A stretch of DNA of 64,000 nucleotides from Candidatus Krumholzibacteriales bacterium. GTDB lineage: Bacteria > Krumholzibacteriota > Krumholzibacteriia > Krumholzibacteriales > WJIX01. The translations under genes were made by a program, and so were the position numbers. The DNA lies in the NCBI GenBank assembly GCA_046483305.1, contig JAWODM010000004.1, positions 46,894-110,893 of the forward strand, given 5' to 3'. Positions 9,926 to 19,975 of this stretch are shown here, piece after piece. The notes under the pieces were generated by a model that had not been told where the DNA came from, did no database searches, and saw only the letters and a list, made by a program, of their open reading frames with translations. The stretch's first letter is position 1; the number at the start of each line of letters is the position of its first letter.

Positions 9926-10252
9926 ATGAGATGTCAGATTACATCAGTTCGGGCGGCTGATCGGAAAAGGTGTAAACGTCAGAAATATCCCTGCTGTATA
10001 TCAGGGATGAGCCGGACATATCTCACTGCCGGCTGCAGGGTCCTCCGCCGGGAGGCGATACTATCATCAGAATTCTGATAATTCCCGAAACCGGGGAGAT
10101 CAATATCCCCGGTGAGCCTGGAGAATGATCCTGATATCAGGCAACGCAGTTTCAGCATCAGGCGGTTCATTTCTTCTCCGGGCTTTTTCCTTCCAGGGAA
10201 AGCCCTGGCGGTCGTAAGATCCGATTTAATAATAAAATATACACCCCGAATA

Positions 10253-10261
10253 TGTTATAAT
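10253..10261 (+). promoter_or_regulatory. Extended -10 promoter element
   Basis: TGTTATAAT about 110 nt upstream of the peptidase ATG. Confidence 0.45.
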
Positions 10262-10372
10262 ATATAAAGATAATTGATGTCCGACCTCTAATGATCCCGG
10301 GTAAGGGTAAAATCGGATGAGGGCTTTCCATAGTGGAGAAGGTTATCATTAATATCAGCATGGAGAAATAAA

Positions 10373-12901
10373 ATGTCATTCAGGTACCGGAGCTTTCTTT
10401 CAGTAGTAATCCTGTCATTTCTGGTTCTCAACTTTACGGCAGTTCCCTCAGCTGCGGGCGGCGACCCCGAAATAGAAGCGCTGCAGAGGGAGATAGACAG
10501 AAAAGGTTATCATTGGACGGCTAAGAGGACTCCTCTGACCGGCCTGACAGAAGAAGAGTTCCGGGCGATGCTGGGAGCCAGAATACCTGAAGAACTCAAA
10601 AAGCGCCTGGAGAGTAATGATAATTCTGAATATAAGACAGCCAGCTCAATGACGCTCCCTTCGAGCTGGGACTGGCGCGATTACGGGGTGGCCACTGAGA
10701 TCAGGGACCAGGATGGATGCGGAAGCTGCTGGGACTTTGCCGGGATAGCGGCTCTGGAAGCGGTGATAGATATAAACGAGGGAGTTGAATACGACCTCTC
10801 CGAGCAGCAGATTCTGTCCTGTGCCACTCCCGGTTACGGTTGCAGCGGGGGGTGGTATTCCTGGGCATGGGATTATATAACCGGAAACGGGGCGGTACTG
10901 GAAAGCTGCATGCCATACCAGGCTTCGGACACCGTTGCCTGCGCGGACGGCTCCTGCGGGAAGGTCGCCACCACCGGTGGATGGATAGATATACCGAACA
11001 ATGTGGATGCCATAAAGGAAGCGGTGATGGAATCTCCCGTTGCCACCACCTTCACCGTATATAACGACTTCAGCAGTTACGGAGGGGGCTGTTATGAGCA
11101 TGATGGGGATGATCCCATAAATCATGCAGTTCTGATTATCGGGTGGCAGGATACGCTTTGCAACGGAGAGGGGGCGTGGCTTATAAAGAACAGCTGGGGA
11201 ACCGGCTGGGGCTTGTCCGGATACGGATACATCAAGTACGGTTCCTGTAATATAGGAACTGCCACCCAGCAGGTCTTCTACAATCCGGGCGATAACCTGG
11301 TGTATCATTCAAACAGCCTGGACGACACCGCCGGCGACGGAGACGGAAGAATAGACCCGGCCGAGACCGTGGATCTTACCGTAACGCTGTTCAATGATAT
11401 TCTTTCTCCTGCCCGTACCGGAGTTCAGGCAGCCATTGCTTCCCTGAACCCGTTAGCTAAAATCACCGGCGCTGTTTCGGGTTACGGTTCCATGAACGCC
11501 GGTGATTACGCTGACGGAAACCCGCCCTATTCGCTGTCACTCAATGAGTTCACGGCCCCCGGAGAAATAATTTATCTGGCTTTGGATATCAGCGCTGACG
11601 GCGGATACGCGGGCAGTGATACTTTCAGCATCAGGGCGGGGGACTGCCCCATACTTCTGGTGGACGACGATGCGGGAAGCTCGTTTGAGAGCTACTTTGA
11701 GCAGGCTCTGGAAAATAACGGATATATTTTCGAAGTCTGGGAAGAAGATAAAAAAGGGTACATCACAGCGGCTGAAATGATGAGATACACGGTGGTTGTA
11801 TGGATGACCGGAACAGGCGGGGATATCCAGCAGGATAACAGGAACGCCATATCTACCTTCCTGGACTCGGGCGGAAGGCTCCTGATCTCGGGGCAGGATG
11901 TGGGGTGGCAGCTTAATCATGAAGGCTACGCTGCCGAGATAGCATTCTATAACGATTACCTTCACGCGGACTATATTCAGGATGATTCCGGGTTCCGGTC
12001 CCTGAACGGAATATCCGGCGACCCCATAGGGGACGGCCTGAATATCGAGATCGGAGGAGGCGACGGGAGCGGTGATCAGGACTGGCCCAGCGAAATAGAG
12101 CCCCTTGGCCCGGCTGTTCCTGTTTTTGAATACAATCCGGGAGTGGAGGGAGCCATAAGGATAGAGGATGCTCACAAACTCGTATATTTCGCTTTTGGAA
12201 TAGAAGCTGTAGGCAGCGAGGCCATGAGAGATTCGATTATGGCGAGGTCTCTGGAGTGGCTGGCCGACGGAAACTGGCCCGATCTGGAGCAACCGGCAGT
12301 TACTCTGATGAGCCCGAACGGAACGGAAGAATTATATTATACACAGGAGGAGGAGATTACCTGGGCCGCCTCCGATAATGATACTGTTTCCGAAGTTGAT
12401 ATACTTCTGTCATGTGACGGCGGGGCCGCCTTCGCGGATACCATAGCCTGCGGGGAAGTCAATGATGGATCGTTCGCCTGGACTGTTCCGGACAGCAGCA
12501 GCGCCGAATGCGTTATCAGAATAGTAGCCAGAGATCCTTCAGGGCTTGCGCAGTATGATGATTCCGATCAATTCTTTTCCATTCATTCGGTAACTGATTC
12601 TGAAAACCGGGATGCAATAAGAAGATTCGCTCTATCCAGCAATATCCCCAACCCGTTCAATCCGTTAACCAGGATAGATTTCAACGTTCCCCGTCAGGCC
12701 AGAGTCCGCATATCCGTATATGACATAAGAGGAAGGCTGGTTGCCACACTGGTTGACAGAGAATTCAGTCCTGGTTCCTACCACACTGTATGGAACGGGA
12801 AGAACAGGCAGGGGACGAAGGTGGCTTCGGGAATATACTTCTGCAGGATGAAGGGGGGAGAAAAATTCCTGGAAACCAGGAAGATGGTGCTTCTCCGCTG
12901 A
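10373..12901 (+). CDS. Secreted papain-family (C1A) cysteine peptidase with Ig-like domains and FlgD/T9SS-like C-terminal domain
   Basis: Signal peptide; QDGCGSCW (catalytic Cys), NHAV (His), IKNSWG (Asn); C-terminal domain 'NIPNPFNP...VYDIRGRLV...WNGKN...ASGIYF...KMVLLR'. Confidence 0.9.
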   Translation: MSFRYRSFLSVVILSFLVLNFTAVPSAAGGDPEIEALQREIDRKGYHWTAKRTPLTGLTEEEFRAMLGARIPEELKKRLESNDNSEYKTASSMTLPSSWDWRDYGVATEIRDQDGCGSCWDFAGIAALEAVIDINEGVEYDLSEQQILSCATPGYGCSGGWYSWAWDYITGNGAVLESCMPYQASDTVACADGSCGKVATTGGWIDIPNNVDAIKEAVMESPVATTFTVYNDFSSYGGGCYEHDGDDPINHAVLIIGWQDTLCNGEGAWLIKNSWGTGWGLSGYGYIKYGSCNIGTATQQVFYNPGDNLVYHSNSLDDTAGDGDGRIDPAETVDLTVTLFNDILSPARTGVQAAIASLNPLAKITGAVSGYGSMNAGDYADGNPPYSLSLNEFTAPGEIIYLALDISADGGYAGSDTFSIRAGDCPILLVDDDAGSSFESYFEQALENNGYIFEVWEEDKKGYITAAEMMRYTVVVWMTGTGGDIQQDNRNAISTFLDSGGRLLISGQDVGWQLNHEGYAAEIAFYNDYLHADYIQDDSGFRSLNGISGDPIGDGLNIEIGGGDGSGDQDWPSEIEPLGPAVPVFEYNPGVEGAIRIEDAHKLVYFAFGIEAVGSEAMRDSIMARSLEWLADGNWPDLEQPAVTLMSPNGTEELYYTQEEEITWAASDNDTVSEVDILLSCDGGAAFADTIACGEVNDGSFAWTVPDSSSAECVIRIVARDPSGLAQYDDSDQFFSIHSVTDSENRDAIRRFALSSNIPNPFNPLTRIDFNVPRQARVRISVYDIRGRLVATLVDREFSPGSYHTVWNGKNRQGTKVASGIYFCRMKGGEKFLETRKMVLLR

Positions 12902-13158
12902 GCGCCCGGAATTATTGTTGTATCCCCCGGCCCCGGGTCGATTCCGCTGTTTAAACCTGGAGTGTGTAACGCAGGAATATGTATCCCGCAATTAATATCA
13001 GGGGCCCCGGTTCAATAAAGTTCTTGAACCTGTTTCTGTAATCGCGTAATGTAATAACAGGTACAGCTGGATATGAAAGGCCTGCTGGTTTAATAGGAAA
13101 GGCCCATGTACTGATCAGCGCTCGAAAATCTCAGTTAATATTCAAGGGAAGGGATCTA

Positions 13159-13650
13159 ATGGATAATTCTACGGGTGAAAAAGCAAATGATGAAATAAGT
13201 ATATTTGATATCAGAACCAGGGACGACATCCCGGATTGGACCAGTTTCGATTCCCTGGCCCGGTTTCTTCACGAGAGTCTGAAACCTTTCGAGGACCCGC
13301 TTCCCGAGGTCGAAAAGGGGATGGATTACGCTCTTTCTTCCACCAGGGCAAAGGACGGTTTCATAGTACTGGCCGCCAGGGGCGAAAATCCCATAGGGGC
13401 AGTGGTTATGCTTGAGACCAATATGTCCGGGTATGTCCCAAAACACCTGCTTCTTTTTGTGGCGGTCCGCCCGGAAGAGAGAGGCCGGGGTATTGGCGGC
13501 AGGATTATCATGGAAGCTATTGACAGGTGTGATGGAAACGTAAATCTCCATGTGGAATACGATAATCCCGCCAAGAGGCTCTACGAGAGGCTGGGCTTTG
13601 TAAACAAGTACGCCGATATGCGTTACTACAAGGGGGAACAGGGTGAATAA
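13159..13650 (+). CDS. GNAT-family N-acetyltransferase
   Basis: Acetyl-CoA motif VAVRPEERGRGIG; NPAKRLYERLGF. Confidence 0.9.
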   Translation: MDNSTGEKANDEISIFDIRTRDDIPDWTSFDSLARFLHESLKPFEDPLPEVEKGMDYALSSTRAKDGFIVLAARGENPIGAVVMLETNMSGYVPKHLLLFVAVRPEERGRGIGGRIIMEAIDRCDGNVNLHVEYDNPAKRLYERLGFVNKYADMRYYKGEQGE

Positions 13651-14785
13651 GCTCGTTATCAATCTTGAGGCAATGCACCATAACCTGATCACTATTAATA
13701 AATGGATGGAGGAGCAGAACGCCAGATGGACGGTTGTGACCAAGGTCCTCTGCGGGCATGTGGAAACTCTGGAAGCGCTGGTTCTGAGCGGAGTCCGGTC
13801 CATAGGGGAATCAAGGTTCAAGAATCTGATATCCTTCAAGGAATACGTACCCAATCTGGAGACCTGGTATCTGAGAATTCCGAGCATGTCGGCTATAGAC
13901 AAGATTGTCAAATATGCCAATATAAGCCTGAACAGCGAGATGGATATCATAGAGGCCATCAATAAGGAAGCGCGAAAACAGGACCTTATCCACAGGGTTG
14001 TTATCATGATCGAGCTTGGCGATCTTCGTGAGGGTATTCTGCCAAGCAGCCTGATAAAATTCTATAAGCATATATTTGAACTTTCCAATGTAAGTGTAAT
14101 AGGTATAGGAGCCAACCTGGGCTGCCTGGCCGGAGCGGTCCCAAACGTGGATCAGTTTGTGCAGCTCCAGCTGTATAAGGAACTGCTTGAGCTGAAATTC
14201 GGCAAGGAAATGCCTCTAATATCGGCAGGGTCAACCGCCACTCTGCCGCTTGTTATCGACAAATCTCTTCCAAAGGGGATAAATCATTTCAGAATCGGCG
14301 AAGGGGTATTTCTGGGCACCGACCTCATTAATGGAGGGACCCTTCCGAATCTCAGGAATGATACCGTCATACTCAAGGGCGAGATTATCGAAATCAAGAA
14401 GAAGAGCCTGATGGCCCAGGTGGAAACCGGCAACTCCGCGCCTTTTGACAGTTCCGGTGACGAGGAAGATTATGAGCCAGGACAGAGAGGTTACCGCGCG
14501 CTGGTGAATGTGGGCCAGCTGGACACCAATGTCCAGGGGCTGATTCCGCAGAACCCTTCCCATAAAATAGCTGGCGCAAGCAGCGATATTACCGTGGTTA
14601 ACGTCGGAGAGAATCCTTCCGGACTAAAGATTGGGGGCACCATAGATTTTCATCTGGATTACGCGGCCCTGCTTGGTTTGATGAGCAGCGAGTACGTTGA
14701 GAAGGAGGTTGAACCGCCAATTGATGAATTCAAGGAACTCGTCAACCGGGAAGGCAAGTTGTCGATTCCTCTGCCCTTTGAATAA
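13643..14785 (+). CDS. Alanine/ornithine racemase-family PLP enzyme (fold type III)
   Basis: VVTKV (PLP Lys), ELGDLREG, GANLGC, SAGS, HFRIGE, GASSD. GTG start overlaps the GNAT stop. Confidence 0.85.
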   Translation: MNKLVINLEAMHHNLITINKWMEEQNARWTVVTKVLCGHVETLEALVLSGVRSIGESRFKNLISFKEYVPNLETWYLRIPSMSAIDKIVKYANISLNSEMDIIEAINKEARKQDLIHRVVIMIELGDLREGILPSSLIKFYKHIFELSNVSVIGIGANLGCLAGAVPNVDQFVQLQLYKELLELKFGKEMPLISAGSTATLPLVIDKSLPKGINHFRIGEGVFLGTDLINGGTLPNLRNDTVILKGEIIEIKKKSLMAQVETGNSAPFDSSGDEEDYEPGQRGYRALVNVGQLDTNVQGLIPQNPSHKIAGASSDITVVNVGENPSGLKIGGTIDFHLDYAALLGLMSSEYVEKEVEPPIDEFKELVNREGKLSIPLPFE

Positions 14786-14839
14786 GGCAAATCCCGTGAA
14801 ATCCTTCTTATTCCAATAACAGAACATAATTAAAAGTGA

Positions 14840-15481
14840 GAGACTGATCCTCCGGGAATAGTAATAGCCTGCATGGTATTCATCTTTATTAGAGGTGTTT
14901 CAAAGGCGAGGAAGATCGGCGGCGCGGACGATTTTCTGGTTGCAGGGCGGAGTTTGGGCTGGTTTTTTTCTCTTCCGCACCATGGGGGCTGCTGTGGTCG
15001 GCGGATTCGGCTATCAACTCCTCCACCGTATAGTCGTAGGGGAACCTTTCGAAGATCAGCCGGGACGGGAGGATAAAGGGTACGGCGATTGCCGAACCCG
15101 GCCGGGATATGTTCGGCATCCCCGCGGGGCTTGATTCCATCGCGGTCGCGGCTGTCTGGCCGGATATAATCGGGCTGCAACTGTTTACGTGTCATCACTG
15201 GGCTCCAGCTGTAACTGTGCCGAAAGTAGTTGGAGTGTTCCATGAAGAGAGGTCGAGGAAGCTGAATAACCGGATAATGGTAGCGACGCTTGCCGCGATA
15301 GCCGGCAGTCACCCCGGTTTACAGGTTCATATTTTACAGTGGTTGGGTGAATACTGCGGGGTTCGAAATACTGATGCGGAATCTTATCGCCATTGACCCG
15401 GCGGGGGTGGGTGTATTCATGTCTCTGTCCGTATTCTGTCTTCTGAGGTTGTTCGCTGGAAATGATGCCGCCGCGAAATAA
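14840..15481 (+). pseudogene. Degraded sodium:solute symporter (SSS) gene
   Basis: N-terminal SSS motif 'DDFLVAGRSLGW'; frameshift near the T7 run (14963-14969) into 'TMGAAVVGG'. C-terminal TM-like pieces (WAPAVTVP; IDPAGVGVFMSL...TAA 15479-81) lie in other frames. About 640 bp versus ~1.4 kb for a typical SSS gene. Start coordinate approximate. Confidence 0.7.
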
Positions 15482-15487
15482 AAACGC

Positions 15488-16792
15488 CTACCTGATAAGA
15501 TCGATGATCATATCCCGGTATCTCTCTGAGGCTCCCAGATGAGAATCAATATATTCTCTTCCCTTTTGACCCCTCCGCCGCAGCTCATTCCGGTCGGAAA
15601 GAAGGCTGGCTGCAGTTTCCTCGAAATCTTCCGGCGATTCAACAACCATTCCGGATCCAATCTCTTTCAGCTCCCCGGCTTCATGGGAGTTATCTATGCC
15701 GGGCCCGAACATGACCGGGATTCCAAGTACCGCCGGCTCCAGGACATTGTGAACGCCCGAGGAGAACCCGCCTCCCACATAGGCCAGAATTCCGGAGCGG
15801 TAGAGTTCCGCCAGGTAACCTATCCCGTCAGCTATGATGATGGGACTTGAAACAGCGTTGTCCATTTCTGATATGGTTACGCAATCCAGGGATAGTTTTT
15901 CAGAAGATCGGATTATTTCAGCTACTCTCTCTTCGGTAGGCTCGTGAGGCGCTATAACCAATGTTAGATTTTCGAACCCTTCTATCAGGCCGGTGAATCC
16001 CCTCAGAAGCAGATCTTCATCGCCGGGCCAGGTGCTGCCGGCTATTAAATAATCGCGGGCGGCCGGCAGGCGGGGGGATACCGCCGGTCCTCCCGGCGAA
16101 GAAACCCGCAGGTGAACCTGGTCGTATTTGGTGTCTCCGCCGGTTACAACTGTGGCTTCCGGAGATGACTCCCTGAACCTTTCGGCATCCTGTTCGGTGG
16201 ACGCCGATATAAAGGTCATGGCAGAATATAGTTTTCCGTAAAACCAGCGGGCTGGGGCTGAAGAATACCTGCCCGATGACGAAGAGAGGCCTCCGGATAT
16301 TAGAATCTGGGGAATGCCCTGCCGGGAAGTTTCCAGGATCAGGTTGGGCCAGAGGTCATACTTTACGTAGACTATCAGGTCCGGTTTCAACATTTCAAGA
16401 CAGAAGCGGGCATTGGAGGGGGTATCCAGCGGAAGGTAATCGACGAAGGAAATATTGCCGGAATCGCCGCCGTCCAGAAATTTCGAGAAATTGTCAATCC
16501 CTGATGGAGATGAAAATGTTAGAGCTATTTCCATCTTCCCGGATTCATCCTCTGAGAGCAGGGATATTACAGGTTCCGCCTGAAGGAATTCCCCCAGTGA
16601 GGAGACATGAAACCAGATCCTTTTCCCGGAGCCTTTTAATTGTTCTGATTTCGCTGCCCAGCGTTCCCTTATCTTCGCCGTGGCTTCGGCTCTGGCCTTC
16701 AGCTTGTCACTGAAAAATCCTGCAAGTTTCAGAAACGGACGCAGTATAAGGGTGATCGCCGAATATATGAATATCGTCACTCTGAACATCAC
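15488..16792 (-). CDS. waaA: 3-deoxy-D-manno-octulosonic acid (Kdo) transferase
   Basis: IWFHVSSLGE, YLPLD, DLWPN, GDTKYD, AGST, PHEP, GGGFSSGVHNVLEPA. Confidence 0.9.
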   Translation of the reverse strand: MMFRVTIFIYSAITLILRPFLKLAGFFSDKLKARAEATAKIRERWAAKSEQLKGSGKRIWFHVSSLGEFLQAEPVISLLSEDESGKMEIALTFSSPSGIDNFSKFLDGGDSGNISFVDYLPLDTPSNARFCLEMLKPDLIVYVKYDLWPNLILETSRQGIPQILISGGLSSSSGRYSSAPARWFYGKLYSAMTFISASTEQDAERFRESSPEATVVTGGDTKYDQVHLRVSSPGGPAVSPRLPAARDYLIAGSTWPGDEDLLLRGFTGLIEGFENLTLVIAPHEPTEERVAEIIRSSEKLSLDCVTISEMDNAVSSPIIIADGIGYLAELYRSGILAYVGGGFSSGVHNVLEPAVLGIPVMFGPGIDNSHEAGELKEIGSGMVVESPEDFEETAASLLSDRNELRRRGQKGREYIDSHLGASERYRDMIIDLIR

Positions 16793-17853
16793 TGATCAGC
16801 TCTCTTACTCTCGGATATTCCGGCCCGTTCGCGTCCCAGCAGGGAAAGAGCCGCCGCCACCACTTCCCCGGGGTCAATTGAATCCAGACATGATTTCTCG
16901 CTGTATGGGCAGGGTTTTGCTCCGTTTCTGGAACATGGCCTGCATTCCAGATCCTTCTCAATAACCCGGCTCCCTTCCAGACGGGGGTAGAATCCGAATT
17001 CTCTGACAGTTGGGCCGAAAAGGGCCACCACCGGCGTTCCTGCCAATTCAGAGAGATGCAACAGCGCTGAGTCATTTGTAATAAGCAGGTCGGATATTCG
17101 CAGTACCGCCGCTGTCTCCAGAATGTTGAGATCCCCGGCTGTATTGATTATCTCTCCCTTTACCGATGATGCTATTCTTTCCGCCAGTTCGCCCTCCGCG
17201 GCGCCTCCGGTCAGAATCAGGCTGTAACCGAGTTCCGAGAGCTTATCTGCCGCAGATATGAATTTATCAACACCCCACATTTTGGTCTCCCACCCGGCTC
17301 CCGGCGCCAGTGCAATAGTTCCCCCTCCGGGTTTGCCGAATCTCTCCATCAAATTCCGCGCCTTTTGTTCCGCTTCCGGGGGCAGCTGAAAGGGGGGGAG
17401 GGACTTTCTGGCCGGAATCCCCAGTTCATCGGCAAGTTTCATATATTTATCATACTGTTCTGTTGTTTCGTCGAAAAGATTGAGGTTGAATTTAATCAGA
17501 AGGAATTTTCGAATCTGTTCTTTTCTAAGCTGCGCCTTCCTGCCGGCCGGGATGGTTCTGTACAGTATATTGCTCCTTATTACGTTGTGGGCGTCAATTA
17601 TAATATGGTACCCAACGCCGGCCAGGGTTCTCCTCATTCGCATCAGTTCGGATAAGGAGCCGGTATTGAGTGTGTAAATGTTGTCCAGCAGGCGGCTTCC
17701 TCTGAAAAGCCCCGCATATTCATCCTTGGTTGCCAGGTCTATTCTGCCGGAGGGGAATTCATCCCTGAGAAGCTGGATAAGGGGTACCATCAGGATAATA
17801 TCGCCCAGCGAACTGAACCGGATGACCAGAATTTTCGGTTCTCTATCTGTCAT
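16789..17853 (-). CDS. Glycosyltransferase family 9 (LPS heptosyltransferase, WaaF/WaaC-like)
   Basis: IRFSSLGDI, APGAGWETKMW, NDSALLHL, LFGPT, CRPC. Confidence 0.9.
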   Translation of the reverse strand: MTDREPKILVIRFSSLGDIILMVPLIQLLRDEFPSGRIDLATKDEYAGLFRGSRLLDNIYTLNTGSLSELMRMRRTLAGVGYHIIIDAHNVIRSNILYRTIPAGRKAQLRKEQIRKFLLIKFNLNLFDETTEQYDKYMKLADELGIPARKSLPPFQLPPEAEQKARNLMERFGKPGGGTIALAPGAGWETKMWGVDKFISAADKLSELGYSLILTGGAAEGELAERIASSVKGEIINTAGDLNILETAAVLRISDLLITNDSALLHLSELAGTPVVALFGPTVREFGFYPRLEGSRVIEKDLECRPCSRNGAKPCPYSEKSCLDSIDPGEVVAAALSLLGRERAGISESKRADQ

Positions 17854-18071
17854 TTTTCCAATTCTGTATTCTGCTGAATGGAATTACGGATATTACAGAG
17901 TAACAATATAATGATTATATAAGAGATAAATGGGAAAATGTCTATATTATTAAGATAACGGAATAAATAATAGCCTGACGTTTTTATCTATAATTTGATT
18001 AACATCAGCAAATTGATTATATTCGATATTGTTTTAATAATTATTACCCAATCTATAATAGAAAGCCTGCT

Positions 18072-18632
18072 ATGAAGAATAATGAAGTTATTGGGGAACG
18101 CCTTAAGAAATACCGGCTTCAGAGAGGGATGACTCTGAAGAAAGTGGAGAGGAAAGCCAACGTTTCAGCCACCCATATCTCGGAGATTGAGCGAGGAATG
18201 ACATCGCCCACCATAGGGGCGCTTTCAAAACTGGCCAAAGCGATAGATGTCGAACTGGCCCGGATTGTAAGGCAGGAGGAATATGCCTGTTTCTCCATCG
18301 TCGGAGAAAAGGAAAAGAAAAAGATGAAATTTGAAGAGTGGGGAGCATCATACTACTCGCTTATAAAGGATATGGCCCGGCCGCAATTCTCTTTTCTGGA
18401 AGTTGAACTGGATCCGGGTGTCAAAAGGCCGGAGGAGACCAGCACTCATTCCGGAGAGGAGTTCGCGCTGGTAACCAGAGGAGTGATGGAAATAATCATT
18501 GGTTCCGAAAAATATATACTCAAGGAGGGGGATAGTATCCATTACCGGGCTGACCGGTCTCACGCCATGCGTAATATAGGGGGAGTCACCTGCAGGGCGA
18601 TATGGATCACCCTTCCTCCCTATACACTTTAA
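18072..18632 (+). CDS. XRE-family HTH + cupin transcriptional regulator
   Basis: HTH 'TLKKVERKANVSATHISEIERG'; cupin 'HSGEE...GDSI...H'. Confidence 0.88.
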   Translation: MKNNEVIGERLKKYRLQRGMTLKKVERKANVSATHISEIERGMTSPTIGALSKLAKAIDVELARIVRQEEYACFSIVGEKEKKKMKFEEWGASYYSLIKDMARPQFSFLEVELDPGVKRPEETSTHSGEEFALVTRGVMEIIIGSEKYILKEGDSIHYRADRSHAMRNIGGVTCRAIWITLPPYTL

Positions 18633-18669
18633 ACTGCGGTTCAGCTATAACGGACGGGTGGAAATTATA

Positions 18670-19233
18670 ATGATTGATACAAAAGAAGTAGGACGGAGAA
18701 TCAAGAAGATCAGGGAATCCCGCTTCATGACCCTTAAGGATGTGGAGAGAAAGGCCAGCATTTCAGCAACCCATATTTCGGAGATTGAGAGGGGGATGAC
18801 CTCTCCGACTATTAATATTCTTATCAGGATAGCTGAAGCTCTGGAAAAAGACCCTTCCTATTTTGTGGAGGAAGAAGAACTGGACGATGTTTCCTTTGTT
18901 TCCCTGGAGGACCGGGAGACAGCTGAACTTGATGATAAAGTGGGATCCTTTATCAGGTTAACCAGATCAATACCCAGCGGGAGAATAAACGCCAGGTTGA
19001 TAACTCTTGAGCCGGACGGAAAGGGCGAGTTCGACCTTCACACTCATGAAGCGGATGAGGCAGCCCTGGTGCTGGAAGGAGAGATTACTTTCCGTCTGAA
19101 AGAGAAGAATTATACCCTGAAAAAGGGCGAAAGTATATATATAGTGGGAACATGCGAGCATGACTATGTCAACGCACAGGAAAACGGCAAATCCAGGATG
19201 CTATGGTTCGGCGCTGAACGTAATATCAGGTAG
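18670..19233 (+). CDS. XRE-family HTH + cupin transcriptional regulator (paralogue)
   Basis: HTH 'TLKDVERKASISATHISEIERG'; cupin 'HTHEADE...GESI...H'. Confidence 0.88.
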   Translation: MIDTKEVGRRIKKIRESRFMTLKDVERKASISATHISEIERGMTSPTINILIRIAEALEKDPSYFVEEEELDDVSFVSLEDRETAELDDKVGSFIRLTRSIPSGRINARLITLEPDGKGEFDLHTHEADEAALVLEGEITFRLKEKNYTLKKGESIYIVGTCEHDYVNAQENGKSRMLWFGAERNIR

Positions 19234-19453
19234 ATGGCGGGGCTCTTCTTTTTAAGCAATTATAATTATTATAGTTTTATTCTGACTCTCCGGCTTCCCC
19301 GGGCGTATGGCTCCGGCTGTAATGACTTTCCTCCAATTCTTATCACGCAGCTTTTGTCCTGAAATACCGGTGCCGTACTGGAATAATATCAATCCAGGCA
19401 TGAAACTTCCATTAGAAACAGACATAAATGACAGTATGCGGGGGGAATTTGTA

Positions 19454-19483
19454 TTGACAAGATTGTTTGGTAGTATCTATAGT
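19454..19483 (+). promoter_or_regulatory. sigma70-type promoter
   Basis: TTGACA, 18 nt, TATAGT upstream of the DUF1844/OmpA genes. Confidence 0.5.
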
Positions 19484-19519
19484 AAACCGCAAAGGCTCTA
19501 TTAAGCAAGGGGGTGACAA

Positions 19520-19936
19520 TTGCAGGATAATATAAATGATCAGAACAACCGCGAAGAGTTTCTATTTCATCATCTGATTGCGATGTTTCAGACTCTGGCC
19601 CTTCAGCAGCTGGGGAAATTGATTAACCCGGTGACAGGGAAAACCAGCAGGGACCTGAATCAGGCCAGGGTTACTATAGATATGATTGATATGATAAGGG
19701 AGAAGACCCGGGGTAATCTGAACCAGAATGAAAAACAGGTTTTAGATAAGGTGTTGATGGAACTTCAGATGAACTATGTTACCGAAAAGGAGAGAGAGGA
19801 AGAAGAGGGCGAAGATAAGGAAAAGGGAGAAGGAGAGGCTGATGAATCCGGGGCCGGCGGTCAGGAAGAAGAGCCCGGAGGGATTGAAGAGGAGGGGAAT
19901 GAAGAGGAGACTGGCGAAGGTGCGGAGGACAAATGA
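19520..19936 (+). CDS. DUF1844-like protein with acidic tail
   Basis: 'ALQQLGKLINPVTG...DLNQARVTIDMIDMIREKTRGNL...ELQMNYV'; Glu/Gly-rich C-terminus; TTG start. Confidence 0.75.
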   Translation: MQDNINDQNNREEFLFHHLIAMFQTLALQQLGKLINPVTGKTSRDLNQARVTIDMIDMIREKTRGNLNQNEKQVLDKVLMELQMNYVTEKEREEEEGEDKEKGEGEADESGAGGQEEEPGGIEEEGNEEETGEGAEDK

Positions 19937-19975
19937 TCCGCCGGGTCCACGGCAGTTATTCTTAAAGGAGGAATT

